Assembly (NCBI GenBank): GCA_964621475.1
Contig: CAZUNC010000001.1
Span: 1 to 61,784, forward strand
Origin: an uncultured Defluviitaleaceae bacterium
GTDB taxonomy: Bacteria > Bacillota > Clostridia > Lachnospirales > WQUN01
Length of the DNA: 61,784 nt
Reading direction: 5' to 3'
Shown: positions 18,124 through 27,962 of the stretch, one piece after another
How the letters are laid out: every line of letters begins with the position of its first letter
Position numbering within the stretch: the stretch's first letter is position 1
Notes under the pieces: generated by a model
What the model saw: the letters and a program-made list of their open reading frames with translations, nothing else
Database searches by the model: none
What the model was told of the DNA's origin: nothing
Translations under genes and position numbers: made by a program

Positions 18124-20058
18124 ATGATCGCAAAACGGATGATGGCGGTATTATGTATCGCGGGGATTATGTTAACTATGATATCGGGTGATACTGCATT
18201 TGCAGCGGCAGATGACAAGAAACCGAAGGTCAAAGCATTGCCGAAGATAGGATCTGTGCAAAACCTGATCAAACTGATCGGAAAGCCCGATGAAAATGTA
18301 GTTTTCTATGAAGCGACTACGGACAGCACTACCGCAATAACAGGCTCTGCGGCGGCTCCGCCTCCGATGCCTACAACTGCTGCGGAAACAACCACTGCAG
18401 CAAACGATATAAAACAGGCTGCGGAACCCCAAACCGAATATTCCACTACTAATACACAGGTGCTGGGGGTTGACGAGAGTGATGTGATAAAAACGGATGG
18501 CGAGTATATTTACTACATCAGGGACAATCAGGTTGTGATGGTAAAGGCGCGGCCCGTAGATAATATGAAGCTGGTGGGTTCAATAGACTTTGCAGGTACA
18601 GATTTCAACCCTCAGGAGATGTATGTAGACGGAGATCATATCGTTGTGATAGGTAATAAATACCTTTATCAGCCATGTACAACAGCCTATGTCTATGATG
18701 TATCCGATAAAACAAAGCCTCAGCAAATACGCGAGGTCAGTGTTAACGGCAGTTATGTTTCATCACGAAAGATCGGTGACGCCATATACATGATTGCCAA
18801 TTGTTATGTCTATAACCTAATATCGGATGGCAAATATATAATGCCGCAATACCTTGACTCGTCGGTAAACAAAAAATTTATTAATATCAACTATGACAAA
18901 ATAAGCTACTTCCCAGGATTCGTTGACAGGACGTATACGACCATAGCAGGATTTACGCTCAAAGGCCCCGATAGAGCCGCGACGATCGAGACTTACCTGG
19001 GGGGCGGGAACAATATTTACGCCTCGCAGGACAATCTTTATATTGCAACGGTTTCTATGCAAGAAATAAAAGCCACCGAGCCAGGCGTGGCCGCATCAAC
19101 GTCCTCCTCTACATCGCGTTCAATCAGTTTTGTGAAGCCTTTCTACAGCCAGAAGACCACGATCTATAAATTTGCGCTTGAAAACGGCTCTGTGACCTAT
19201 ACCGCTAATGGTGAAACAGACGGATCGATACTCAATCAGTTTTCGATGGACGAGTACAAGGGTTATTTCCGCATTGCCACAACATCGTACAGTGACAAGG
19301 GAGAGCAAACCAATAATCTGTTTGTTTTCGATGAAAACCTCGCACTAACCGGAGGGGTTACAGACATCGCGCCCGGCGAACGGATTTACTCGACACGCTT
19401 TATGGGGGATAGGGGATACATGGTCACATTCAGGACGGTGGATCCGCTGTTTGCAATCGATCTAAAGGACCCAAAGAACCCAAAGATCTTGGGTGCATTA
19501 AAGATCCCGGGTTACAGCAATTATCTACATCCATATGATGAAAATCATCTGATCGGCTTCGGCAAGGACACCACAGCCGTTAAGGACATGGCCTACTACA
19601 AGGGTATGAAGCTTTCGCTGTTTGACGTGACAGATGTGTCAAATCCAAAGGAATTGTTCACGGAGATTATCGGTGACAGGGGTACGGACTCGTCGCTTCT
19701 GAATAACCACAAGGCGCTGCTGTTCTCAAAGGAAAAGGGCTTACTCGCCTTCCCAGTGAACGTATATGAGCTGTCCGAAAAGGAAAAGACCGATGTGACC
19801 ACATATGGCCAGTTTACATTCCAAGGTGCGTATGTATACGACATAGGGATCGAGCAGGGCTTTAAACTCAGGGGTAAAATAACCCACTTAACCGAAAACG
19901 ATATGCGAAAATCCGGCATGTATAAGGGGGCCTATAATAAATACATTGAGCGTTTATTGTTCATAAACCAGGATCTGTATAGCGTTTCAAGGGACAATAT
20001 CAGCGCGAATGATATAAAAACCCTAAAGGTGCGTGGCAGCATATCGCTCGTAAAATAG
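18124..20058 (+). CDS. Secreted beta-propeller domain protein (Beta_propel family)
   Basis: Signal peptide ending AFA|AADD, a Pro/Thr/Ala linker, then the conserved core RFMGDRGYMVTFRTVDPLFAIDLKDPKNPKILGALKIPGYSNYLHPYDENHLIGFG. SD AAAGGAGG. Confidence 0.7.
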   Translation: MIAKRMMAVLCIAGIMLTMISGDTAFAAADDKKPKVKALPKIGSVQNLIKLIGKPDENVVFYEATTDSTTAITGSAAAPPPMPTTAAETTTAANDIKQAAEPQTEYSTTNTQVLGVDESDVIKTDGEYIYYIRDNQVVMVKARPVDNMKLVGSIDFAGTDFNPQEMYVDGDHIVVIGNKYLYQPCTTAYVYDVSDKTKPQQIREVSVNGSYVSSRKIGDAIYMIANCYVYNLISDGKYIMPQYLDSSVNKKFININYDKISYFPGFVDRTYTTIAGFTLKGPDRAATIETYLGGGNNIYASQDNLYIATVSMQEIKATEPGVAASTSSSTSRSISFVKPFYSQKTTIYKFALENGSVTYTANGETDGSILNQFSMDEYKGYFRIATTSYSDKGEQTNNLFVFDENLALTGGVTDIAPGERIYSTRFMGDRGYMVTFRTVDPLFAIDLKDPKNPKILGALKIPGYSNYLHPYDENHLIGFGKDTTAVKDMAYYKGMKLSLFDVTDVSNPKELFTEIIGDRGTDSSLLNNHKALLFSKEKGLLAFPVNVYELSEKEKTDVTTYGQFTFQGAYVYDIGIEQGFKLRGKITHLTENDMRKSGMYKGAYNKYIERLLFINQDLYSVSRDNISANDIKTLKVRGSISLVK

Positions 20059-20125
20059 ATAGTTTTATATAATCAATAACAATTGACGATAATACAGACA
20101 TATGGGATTTGAAAGGACAGATAAA

Positions 20126-21646
20126 ATGAAACGTATTACGTTGGTTGTATTAATCATATGCATCGCGCTGACGATAGCGTCGGTTGTGTTTACGGCCTAT
20201 CTCGGATATAAGACAAAGGTTGTCACGAACAATGAATTCTATACATTGTATTTCTCAAGTGAGCTTCAGAAATCCTCGGATTATCTGTCGAGGCAGGCGC
20301 GTCAATATGCAATAACCGGAGATATGCAGTATTACGATAACTACTGGACTGAGGTAAAAGTAACTAGAACGCGAGACATGGCAATTGAAAAGATGAAGCA
20401 GCACGGTGTTTCAGATGAAGATCTGCGTCTGGCTCAATTAGCCAAAAACGAAAGCGACCGTTTAATAGAAACTGAACGGCTCGCGATGAACGCAGCCCAA
20501 GGTGGTGATCTGGCACTTGCACAGTCTCTTGTGTTCGGAGTGAAATACGAAGATGAAAAGATCAAGATCACTGAGTACCTAACAGAGTTTGAGGCCCTTA
20601 TGTTAAAAAAGGCCGAGCGGGAGTCGGAGCGGTTATTTACGCAGCTCACGATCGTATCGGGTATTACGTTGTTCCTGTCGCTTTTGGTCATTTACTATAT
20701 CTATAGCAGTCAGAGGAGTATAAAGGATAAAGCCTTGCTGAACGAAAAATGCTTTAGGGCGCTCGCCGAGCAGACAAACAACGTGATATTCGAATGTGAT
20801 CTGGCCGCAAAGAGGATTACATCATTGTCAAATATCAATCTGCTATTCGGAAAGGATGCAGATGAGCAAGAAAAAGCGGAGGGTACACTGAATGCTAATA
20901 TGATCTACAACGTGGATAGAGACGCATTCGGGAGGATATTTAATACGATCTATAACGGCGATGGCGTTACTGATGCAAGGTTCAGGATAGTTGATGACAA
21001 TGGTGATTATCATTGGTGTTCACTCTCGAGTGTCGTAATAAGCAGTTATGACGGCAAACCGTATAAGGCCATAGGCTCGATAGAGAATATCGACGAGCAG
21101 GTAAAAAGGGAGGATGACCTACGTAAAAAAGCCGAACGGGATTCCCTGACGGGCCTTTTGAATAAGGCCACAACCGAATATTTGATCAAGGAAACGCTGC
21201 AACGCCGTAGGAAAAGTGACAGTAAACACGCATTGATGATCATAGACATTGATTATTTCAAGAGCGTGAACGACAGGCTCGGCCATATGTATGGTGACAA
21301 TGTGTTGAGCGATCTGTCCATGGCGTTGAAGCAGATATTTCGATCGGATGACATCGTCGGCAGGGTAGGTGGAGATGAGTTCTTTGTATTTCTAAAAAAC
21401 TACAGTAGCATGGATTTAATTCATTCTAAGGCTGTAGAGATATGTAAGGCGTTTAAGAATACCTACAACGGTGAAGAAGTTAGCGTGGATATATCGGCGA
21501 GTATAGGCATCGTGCTCTGTCCAGAGCACGGTGAGGATTTTGACACGTTATATAAAAATGCTGATACCGCGCTCTATAAGACAAAGGCCAACGGTAAAAA
21601 CGGGTATACAATCTATTGCGCCGCATCGAAAAAGCAAGACTCCTAA
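20126..21646 (+). CDS. Membrane-bound diguanylate cyclase (helical extracytoplasmic sensor + PAS-like + GGDEF)
   Basis: Two TM segments flank a ~150-aa helical domain. Intact GGDEF (RVGGDEFFVF) with I-site RSDD five residues upstream. The PAS-GGDEF half is paralogous to the 59438-61303 product. Start is ATG 20126 or the track start 20102. Confidence 0.8.
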   Translation: MKRITLVVLIICIALTIASVVFTAYLGYKTKVVTNNEFYTLYFSSELQKSSDYLSRQARQYAITGDMQYYDNYWTEVKVTRTRDMAIEKMKQHGVSDEDLRLAQLAKNESDRLIETERLAMNAAQGGDLALAQSLVFGVKYEDEKIKITEYLTEFEALMLKKAERESERLFTQLTIVSGITLFLSLLVIYYIYSSQRSIKDKALLNEKCFRALAEQTNNVIFECDLAAKRITSLSNINLLFGKDADEQEKAEGTLNANMIYNVDRDAFGRIFNTIYNGDGVTDARFRIVDDNGDYHWCSLSSVVISSYDGKPYKAIGSIENIDEQVKREDDLRKKAERDSLTGLLNKATTEYLIKETLQRRRKSDSKHALMIIDIDYFKSVNDRLGHMYGDNVLSDLSMALKQIFRSDDIVGRVGGDEFFVFLKNYSSMDLIHSKAVEICKAFKNTYNGEEVSVDISASIGIVLCPEHGEDFDTLYKNADTALYKTKANGKNGYTIYCAASKKQDS

Positions 21647-21731
21647 AACGGTAATTCCGTTAGGTATAGGAAAAGAGCTTAAAATCGTAAAAAGAGTAGT
21701 GTGCATTTCATCCCCCAAAAATGAACCATTT

Positions 21732-21758
21732 ATCCCCAAATTTTATTTGGGGATTTTT
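21732..21758 (+). terminator. Rho-independent terminator (possible attenuator) 40 nt upstream of the ABC exporter start
   Basis: Perfect 9-bp stem ATCCCCAAA / TTTGGGGAT, 5-nt loop, followed by TTTT. Confidence 0.7.
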
Positions 21759-21797
21759 ATTGTGATAAAATAATCCCAACCGGAAGGGGATGATTTA

Positions 21798-23630
21798 ATG
21801 GAATCAGAAAATCTTAACAAGAAAAAACCTAAATATAACATGTTTCAAAACAGTAGATATCTAATAGAGTTTGCGTGGAAACTTAAAAAAAGTGTGCTTT
21901 TGATATGTTTACTTTCGGCAGGTATTGCCGTGCTGACAAGTTTAATCACTCTGTTTATTGCTCCGGTTATTCTAAACCGAGTTGAAACCGCCGCACCTCT
22001 GAACTCGCTTATTATCACCATCTTATTGTTCACAGGGCTATTGATGGCTGTACATGCCGCCGCCGCTTATATTGATGCTATTAAACGAGATGGTTGGCAG
22101 TTTCTTTTTGTTCGCATTGTTATTATGTCCAGCGAAAAATACATGAAAACCGCTTTGCAAAACACAGAAAATATGGAATACAACAAAATGATGGACAGAG
22201 CCAAAAAAGCTAACATGGACTTGATTGTTGACAGCATATGGGTTGTATATTCCGATTTGATAAAAAACATCGTAGGGTTTGTAATTTATGCAATTTTGCT
22301 TACGGCAGTCAATCCGATAATTTTGGCGATTGTAGTGGCTTCCACTATCGCCGGATTCTATATTAACAATTATATAAACGGATGGGGCTACAGACACCGC
22401 GAAGAGGAAGCGGAATATTCCCGCAGAATGAACTATATGAGCGACAAAACCATTAATTACACACTAGCAAAAGACATTCGCATTTTTGTTATGAGCGGTT
22501 GGATAGAAGATATGTATAAAAGCGTTTTCCGGCTGTATAGTTCTTTTATTGCTCGAGGAGAGAAGGTATATATCTGGGCAAATGTAGTTGATGTTATCAT
22601 TATTTTTTTACGCAACGGTATTGCATACGTCTTACTTTTTGATATGGTTTTAAACAATGGTTTGTCCGCTTCGGAATTTTTGCTTTATTTTATGGCTGTG
22701 GGTGGTTTCGCAGCATGGGTAAGTGGTATTTTTTCAGGTTTTTCAAAGCTTTATAAACAAAGCCTTGATATATCTGTTTTGCGGGAAGCACTTGAATACC
22801 CCGAACCTTTCGCTTTTGAAGAAGGGGAAGCACTTACGCCAAACATTGATATGCAATATGAAATTGAATTGAAAAATGTGTCTTTCAAGTATAAGGGCGC
22901 GGAAAGCGACACCTTGAAAAATATTAACCTTACTATTAAGCCCGGAGAAAAACTCGCCATTATCGGATTAAATGGTGCAGGAAAAACCACGCTTGTAAAA
23001 CTAATTTGCGGCTTTTATGAACCAACGACTGGAGAAGTGTTGTTAAATGGCGAAAATATAAATAAATATAACCGGCGTGATTATTATAGGCATTTTTCGG
23101 CTGTGTTCCAAGATTTTCCCATTCTACCGGAGAGCATTGCCATTAATATCGCACAAACAGATCAGAATATAGACATGGAATATGTAGCTGCTTGCGCGGA
23201 AATGGCGGGGCTTACTAACAAAATAAACAGCTTCCCAAATAAGTATGATACCCGTATAGGAAAAGAAATCTACGAGAACGGAATAGAATTATCCGGTGGT
23301 GAAAAGCAGCGACTAATGCTCGCACGAGCTTTATACAAAAACGCGCCGATCATCGTATTGGATGAACCCACCGCAGCACTTGACCCCATTGCAGAAAGCG
23401 ATATGTACAACAAATATGCCGCATTAACCGGAGGGCGCACGTCGTTATATATTTCCCATCGGCTGGCCTCCACCCGCTTTTGTGATCGGATTATTTTATT
23501 AGAACACGGCATCATCACCGAAGAAGGCAATCATAGTGAATTAATGAAAAAGGAAGGAAAATACGCGGAACTATTTGAAATTCAAAGTCGTTATTACCGG
23601 GAAGGAGGTGCGGAGGATGCATCCGAATGA
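21798..23630 (+). CDS. ABC exporter, fused permease/ATPase half-transporter (pair 1, subunit A)
   Basis: 610 aa with a 6-TM N-terminal half. Walker A GLNGAGKTT, signature LSGGEKQR, Walker B IIVLDEPTAALD, H-loop ISHR. Confidence 0.85.
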   Translation: MESENLNKKKPKYNMFQNSRYLIEFAWKLKKSVLLICLLSAGIAVLTSLITLFIAPVILNRVETAAPLNSLIITILLFTGLLMAVHAAAAYIDAIKRDGWQFLFVRIVIMSSEKYMKTALQNTENMEYNKMMDRAKKANMDLIVDSIWVVYSDLIKNIVGFVIYAILLTAVNPIILAIVVASTIAGFYINNYINGWGYRHREEEAEYSRRMNYMSDKTINYTLAKDIRIFVMSGWIEDMYKSVFRLYSSFIARGEKVYIWANVVDVIIIFLRNGIAYVLLFDMVLNNGLSASEFLLYFMAVGGFAAWVSGIFSGFSKLYKQSLDISVLREALEYPEPFAFEEGEALTPNIDMQYEIELKNVSFKYKGAESDTLKNINLTIKPGEKLAIIGLNGAGKTTLVKLICGFYEPTTGEVLLNGENINKYNRRDYYRHFSAVFQDFPILPESIAINIAQTDQNIDMEYVAACAEMAGLTNKINSFPNKYDTRIGKEIYENGIELSGGEKQRLMLARALYKNAPIIVLDEPTAALDPIAESDMYNKYAALTGGRTSLYISHRLASTRFCDRIILLEHGIITEEGNHSELMKKEGKYAELFEIQSRYYREGGAEDASE

Positions 23631-25497
23631 CAATGTAAAAACTAAAGATGCAATAAAAATAAACCTGCGGGGATATAAAGTTTGGTGGAAAGCCAATCCA
23701 AAACTTTTTATTTCGTCAGCCATGTATGCTATTGTTGAAGCACTTACACCCTATGCTGGCATTTACCTTTCGGCACTTATATTAGATGAACTCTCAGGAA
23801 CAAGAAATCACGAAAAGCTGACTCAACTTGCCTTTATTGCGTTGTCTTCCGCTGCTTTTTTGGCGATATTGAATGCAGGATTATTACGGTGGAAAAATTG
23901 CCAACACGCAGGCATATATCATATGGAAAATCATATATACAACCGCAAATTATTATCGATGGATTTTGCCTCCGTTGATAATGCCCAAACACATGATCTT
24001 TTATCTCAAATCAAACAAAACCGCACTTATGGCCTCGGTGGGGTTGCGAAGTTGTTGAATTGTTTTGAGCGGCTGTTGAAATCTATCATGGTTATCGCCG
24101 GTGCAATTGCCTTAACTGTTCCGCTCTTTATTCAACAGATTCCGCAAAATTTCAAAAATCTTGCTTTATTGGATAATCCGTTGATCAACATAGCAATCAT
24201 TGTCATTATGCTTACGGTAACATTCATAGCTCCTATTTTCTCAAATAAAGCGGATTCATATTATGCTAAAGTGGCGGATACTTTAAAATTGCTAAACCGT
24301 CATTATAGTTTTTACTTTTCAAATCCTTACGAACGCACTCGGGCTTTGGATTTTAGGATATACCGACAGGATGTTTTATTTAGAAATAGAGTATTGCATA
24401 ATTTGACGGATGAAAATGGTTTAATACCAACTTTCGAAAAATACACCACAGGTCCAATTAGTAAATACAAATCCTTAGCCGGAGCGTTGTCTCAAGTTTT
24501 TGTGGGCATGGTATATATTTTCATTTGCCTTAAAGCGTGGACTGGTGCTTTTGGCGTAGGGGCTGTCACTCAGTATATCGGTGCGATAACTGCTATTTCG
24601 AGCGCTATGTCATCACTTGTTTCCGTTTTAGGTGAATTAAATAACAATGCATTCTTTCTGCGTACGACCTTTGAATTTTTAGATACACCCAATGATATGT
24701 ATCAGGGTAGCTTGACGGTGGAGAAACGTTCTGATAAAAAACATCAAATCACTTTCCGTAATGTTTCGTTTAAATATCCAAACACAAATACATTTGCTCT
24801 GCGGAATGTTTCGATGCAATTTAATATTGGGGAACGACTGGCAGTGGTTGGCATGAACGGAAGCGGAAAAACAACTTTTATAAAGTTATTGTGCCGTTTG
24901 TATGACCCCACCGAGGGCGAGATTTTATTAAACGGAATAAACATAAAGAAATATAATTATCATGAATACATGTCAATATTTTCTGTAGTATTTCAAGATT
25001 TTCAATTGCTTGCTTTTAAGCTTGGGCAGAATGTAGCTGCAAATAACTTGTATGATAACAATCGAGTGCGTCAATGCTTATCTGATTCTGGTTTTGATGA
25101 ACGACTTGAAAGACTTCCTGACGGATTAGAAACTTGCCTGTATAAGGAATTTGATGAAAATGGCATTATTGTTTCCGGTGGTGAAGCGCAAAAAATTGCA
25201 CTTGCCCGCGCACTATACAAAGAAGCGTCTTTCATTATTTTAGACGAACCTACCGCATCCTTAGACCCCGTTGCAGAATTTGAAGTATATAATAAAATGA
25301 ACGAGATTGTAGGTAATAAAACAGCAGTGTTTATATCGCATCGTTTGTCTTCGTGTCGGTTTTGCAATGATATTGCGGTGTTCCATGAAAGCGAATTGAT
25401 TCAGCGGGGGAGCCACCATACATTACTATCCGACCGTAGCGGCAAGTATTTTGAATTATGGACTGCACAGGCACAATATTATGTAGAAAAAGTATAA
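23617..25497 (+). CDS. ABC exporter, fused permease/ATPase half-transporter (pair 1, subunit B)
   Basis: ATG 23617 behind GGAAGGAGG, overlapping the upstream stop by 14 nt. GMNGSGKTT, VSGGEAQK, FIILDEPTASLD, ISHR. Confidence 0.85.
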   Translation: MHPNDNVKTKDAIKINLRGYKVWWKANPKLFISSAMYAIVEALTPYAGIYLSALILDELSGTRNHEKLTQLAFIALSSAAFLAILNAGLLRWKNCQHAGIYHMENHIYNRKLLSMDFASVDNAQTHDLLSQIKQNRTYGLGGVAKLLNCFERLLKSIMVIAGAIALTVPLFIQQIPQNFKNLALLDNPLINIAIIVIMLTVTFIAPIFSNKADSYYAKVADTLKLLNRHYSFYFSNPYERTRALDFRIYRQDVLFRNRVLHNLTDENGLIPTFEKYTTGPISKYKSLAGALSQVFVGMVYIFICLKAWTGAFGVGAVTQYIGAITAISSAMSSLVSVLGELNNNAFFLRTTFEFLDTPNDMYQGSLTVEKRSDKKHQITFRNVSFKYPNTNTFALRNVSMQFNIGERLAVVGMNGSGKTTFIKLLCRLYDPTEGEILLNGINIKKYNYHEYMSIFSVVFQDFQLLAFKLGQNVAANNLYDNNRVRQCLSDSGFDERLERLPDGLETCLYKEFDENGIIVSGGEAQKIALARALYKEASFIILDEPTASLDPVAEFEVYNKMNEIVGNKTAVFISHRLSSCRFCNDIAVFHESELIQRGSHHTLLSDRSGKYFELWTAQAQYYVEKV

Positions 25498-25513
25498 AAT
25501 AAATCAAAAAGCT

Positions 25514-25548
25514 AAAGCAGATACCCTAAATCGAGGTATCTGCTTTTT
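25514..25548 (+). terminator. Rho-independent terminator of ABC exporter pair 1
   Basis: 12-bp stem AAAGCAGATACC / GGTATCTGCTTT followed by a T-run. Confidence 0.8.
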
Positions 25549-25668
25549 ACTTGAATATCTAAATTTATTAGCAACACTTGAGATCTGAAGGTGTTTAACA
25601 CTCATTAAGACCAGAAGGATGTACAATTTTGCCCAAGTCGGGCTACACTCATAAAAAGTAACCCTTTC

Positions 25669-26748
25669 TTATGCCTCGGCGAGCAGTTTCTTAAACATGT
25701 TCGGTACATCGATGGTCTGTGGGCAATGAGAGGTGCATTGACCACATTCGGCGCATTGCTTGAGCATGTTGTTATCGACATCGGCACCGGAAATCCAGTT
25801 GTCGTTCTGCTGCATGGATTTGAGGTTCCATGCCTTAAATGTCTCAGGGATATTGATCCCATATGGGCAAGGCATGCAGTAGCTGCAACCTGTGCATGGC
25901 ACCTTTTGAGCTTGCTCGATATTCTTCTTGACCTGTGATATCGCAGCATGCTCCTCGGCATTCAGCGGTTGGATGTTCTTGAAAATCTCTATGTTCTGCT
26001 TAAGCTGCTCTGGATTGCTCATACCGGACAGGATTGTGACGACACCCTTTAGCTCAGCGAGCCAGCGGAATGACATCTCGACATTCGTTTTACCGAGTGC
26101 CTTATACGGTTCGGCGATGTGCTCGGGTATATCTGACAGTACACCACCCTTTAACGGCTCCATGATGATGATCGGGATGCCGCGTGCGACGAGCTCATTA
26201 TATCCGCGCTGCCCTGGGTTGTCGTCGAGATCCATGTAGTTATACTGCATTTGAACAAAATCCCATTTGTGATGGTCTAATAATTTTATAAGGCATTCAT
26301 AATCTGCATGTATCGAAAAGCCAAGATATTTAATCTTGCCTTCTTGTTTCTTCTTTAAGGCCCATTCAATCGCGTTGAGTTTCTTTACCTTGTCAAACAG
26401 ATCATCATTCATCGAGTGCATCAGGTAGAAATCGATGTAGTCTGTCTTTAACTTCTCGCATGAGGTCTTGAATGCGTTGTCCAAGAAATCCTCCGAATTG
26501 GCTCCCCAGAACGACATCTTGTCCGCGAGGTAATAGCTGCTCCGCTCAAATGGCTCTAACGCAATCCCGAGTGCAACCTCACTGTTTCCACCGTGGTAGA
26601 CAAACGAGGTGTCGAAATAATTAATACCCTGATCCATTGCATAGCGTACCATTTCGTTAAACTGCGGCTGATCGATCTTACCGTTCGTTTGAGGCAGACG
26701 CATAGCACCAAAGCCCAGCTTAGGTAGTTTCTCAAATACATTGCTCAT
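25669..26748 (-). CDS. Aldo/keto reductase with a C-terminal Fe-S cluster-binding domain
   Basis: N-terminal AKR barrel (GFGAMRLP, YFDTSFVYHGG, FYLMH). C-terminal Cys clusters CTGCSYCMPCP and CAECGQCTSHCP. ATG 26748 is 8 nt after GAAGGGA; the track start is 26769. Confidence 0.8.
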   Translation of the reverse strand: MSNVFEKLPKLGFGAMRLPQTNGKIDQPQFNEMVRYAMDQGINYFDTSFVYHGGNSEVALGIALEPFERSSYYLADKMSFWGANSEDFLDNAFKTSCEKLKTDYIDFYLMHSMNDDLFDKVKKLNAIEWALKKKQEGKIKYLGFSIHADYECLIKLLDHHKWDFVQMQYNYMDLDDNPGQRGYNELVARGIPIIIMEPLKGGVLSDIPEHIAEPYKALGKTNVEMSFRWLAELKGVVTILSGMSNPEQLKQNIEIFKNIQPLNAEEHAAISQVKKNIEQAQKVPCTGCSYCMPCPYGINIPETFKAWNLKSMQQNDNWISGADVDNNMLKQCAECGQCTSHCPQTIDVPNMFKKLLAEA

Positions 26749-26854
26749 AGATAAATTCCCTTCTGTCATGTAAGATTGTAAGAATCTTTACAAATATAAT
26801 AACACTAATTATACTCAGTGGTAAATATAGAACAGCAAAAAGGAGGCGAGGGAT

Positions 26855-27421
26855 ATGTTGAGCATTGTAAAACGAGTATTTATTCTGGTGATCATGTTGA
26901 TGTTATTGTCCGGCTGCAGCAGTGATATTCAAGCGGAAGCACTGAGCATCAGCCCGGTTACAATTGAGCCCGAACCATTACAGACACAGTCCGTTGGCTG
27001 GAAATATGATGGCGCGAGGATAACGTTTCGATCTGAGATGATGGGTTTCAGATCAACAAATGCTTACGAGATAACAGATCCCAAAACGGTTGAATATATA
27101 TTTACTTCTCTTCAAGGTAGTAAGGTGACTTCGGATACGCCTGAGCTAAACAATAATAATATCAACCGATATCAAATTGAGCTTTGGAATAACATCGGAA
27201 GCGAGAGCAGCATGCTTTATTATTATACTCTGTATGATAAGGCATATTTGGTAAGGAATGGTGGGCTTTGGGAAATAGATGTAGATTTTGCGCGTTATAT
27301 CGATGCGTTTTTGGAAAATACAAATATCACTTATCTGAGTGATAATAACGATGCATTCGCATTATTTAAGTCGTATGGATGGACGCTTGATCGGTGCATT
27401 CATCAGCGCGGGCAGGCATAG
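26855..27421 (+). CDS. Lipoprotein of unknown function
   Basis: Signal peptide with lipobox LLSG|CSS. SD AAAGGAGG. The C-terminal FKSYGW resembles the start of DUF4830-type domains as I remember them, but the ORF stops 12 codons later. Confidence 0.6.
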   Translation: MLSIVKRVFILVIMLMLLSGCSSDIQAEALSISPVTIEPEPLQTQSVGWKYDGARITFRSEMMGFRSTNAYEITDPKTVEYIFTSLQGSKVTSDTPELNNNNINRYQIELWNNIGSESSMLYYYTLYDKAYLVRNGGLWEIDVDFARYIDAFLENTNITYLSDNNDAFALFKSYGWTLDRCIHQRGQA

Positions 27422-27929
27422 TATGTTTAATGCATGTAGTTTGAAGGGAAATAGCTTTGAGGATGTGACGTATAGGACGGTTGATGAATGGCTCAGGGGT
27501 GTGGTAAAGGCCAACAGTGTTGAGGCTGAGCTTTATAAATTGAAACCAGAGCAGATCATAGAAAAATATTTTGCAGCGCTCGATAGTAAAGATGCCAAAG
27601 CTGCGGCATATTGCATCTCAAAAAGCACATTAATGGGCGGATTGACCACAAATATATCAAACCAAGAATTATTTACCAAAAGAGTTGGGCTGCCATTGAC
27701 AGATATTGATATAGAAACCGAAGGGTATTTTAGTAACCTTGAGTCGGCGGTTCTGTTAAATATTGAGTTACTCGACGAAGTCGATGCAAAAATCAAAACC
27801 TATAGGGTTACAATGAACCTGCAGTACAATCAAGATTTTACAGTAGGCAGCGGAGAGCAGTTTTGGGATTGCAAAATGGTGTATGAGTCAGACCGAACAG
27901 GCTGGAAGATAGAGGGGTTTGGACATTAA
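27375..27929 (+). CDS. NTF2-like DUF4829-type protein, possibly a lipoprotein; start uncertain
   Basis: The core IIEKYFAALDSKDAKAAAY...GWKIEGFG resembles DUF4829. Candidate starts are GTG 27339, ATG 27351, ATG 27375 and ATG 27423. Only starts at or before 27375 encode the signal-like RLIGAFISAG...FNAC|S segment, and those overlap the upstream gene in another frame. No convincing SD. Confidence 0.5.
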   Translation: MDGRLIGAFISAGRHSMFNACSLKGNSFEDVTYRTVDEWLRGVVKANSVEAELYKLKPEQIIEKYFAALDSKDAKAAAYCISKSTLMGGLTTNISNQELFTKRVGLPLTDIDIETEGYFSNLESAVLLNIELLDEVDAKIKTYRVTMNLQYNQDFTVGSGEQFWDCKMVYESDRTGWKIEGFGH

Positions 27930-27962
27930 TGTAAATCAATTCAAAGAGTGGGGGATATTTAT

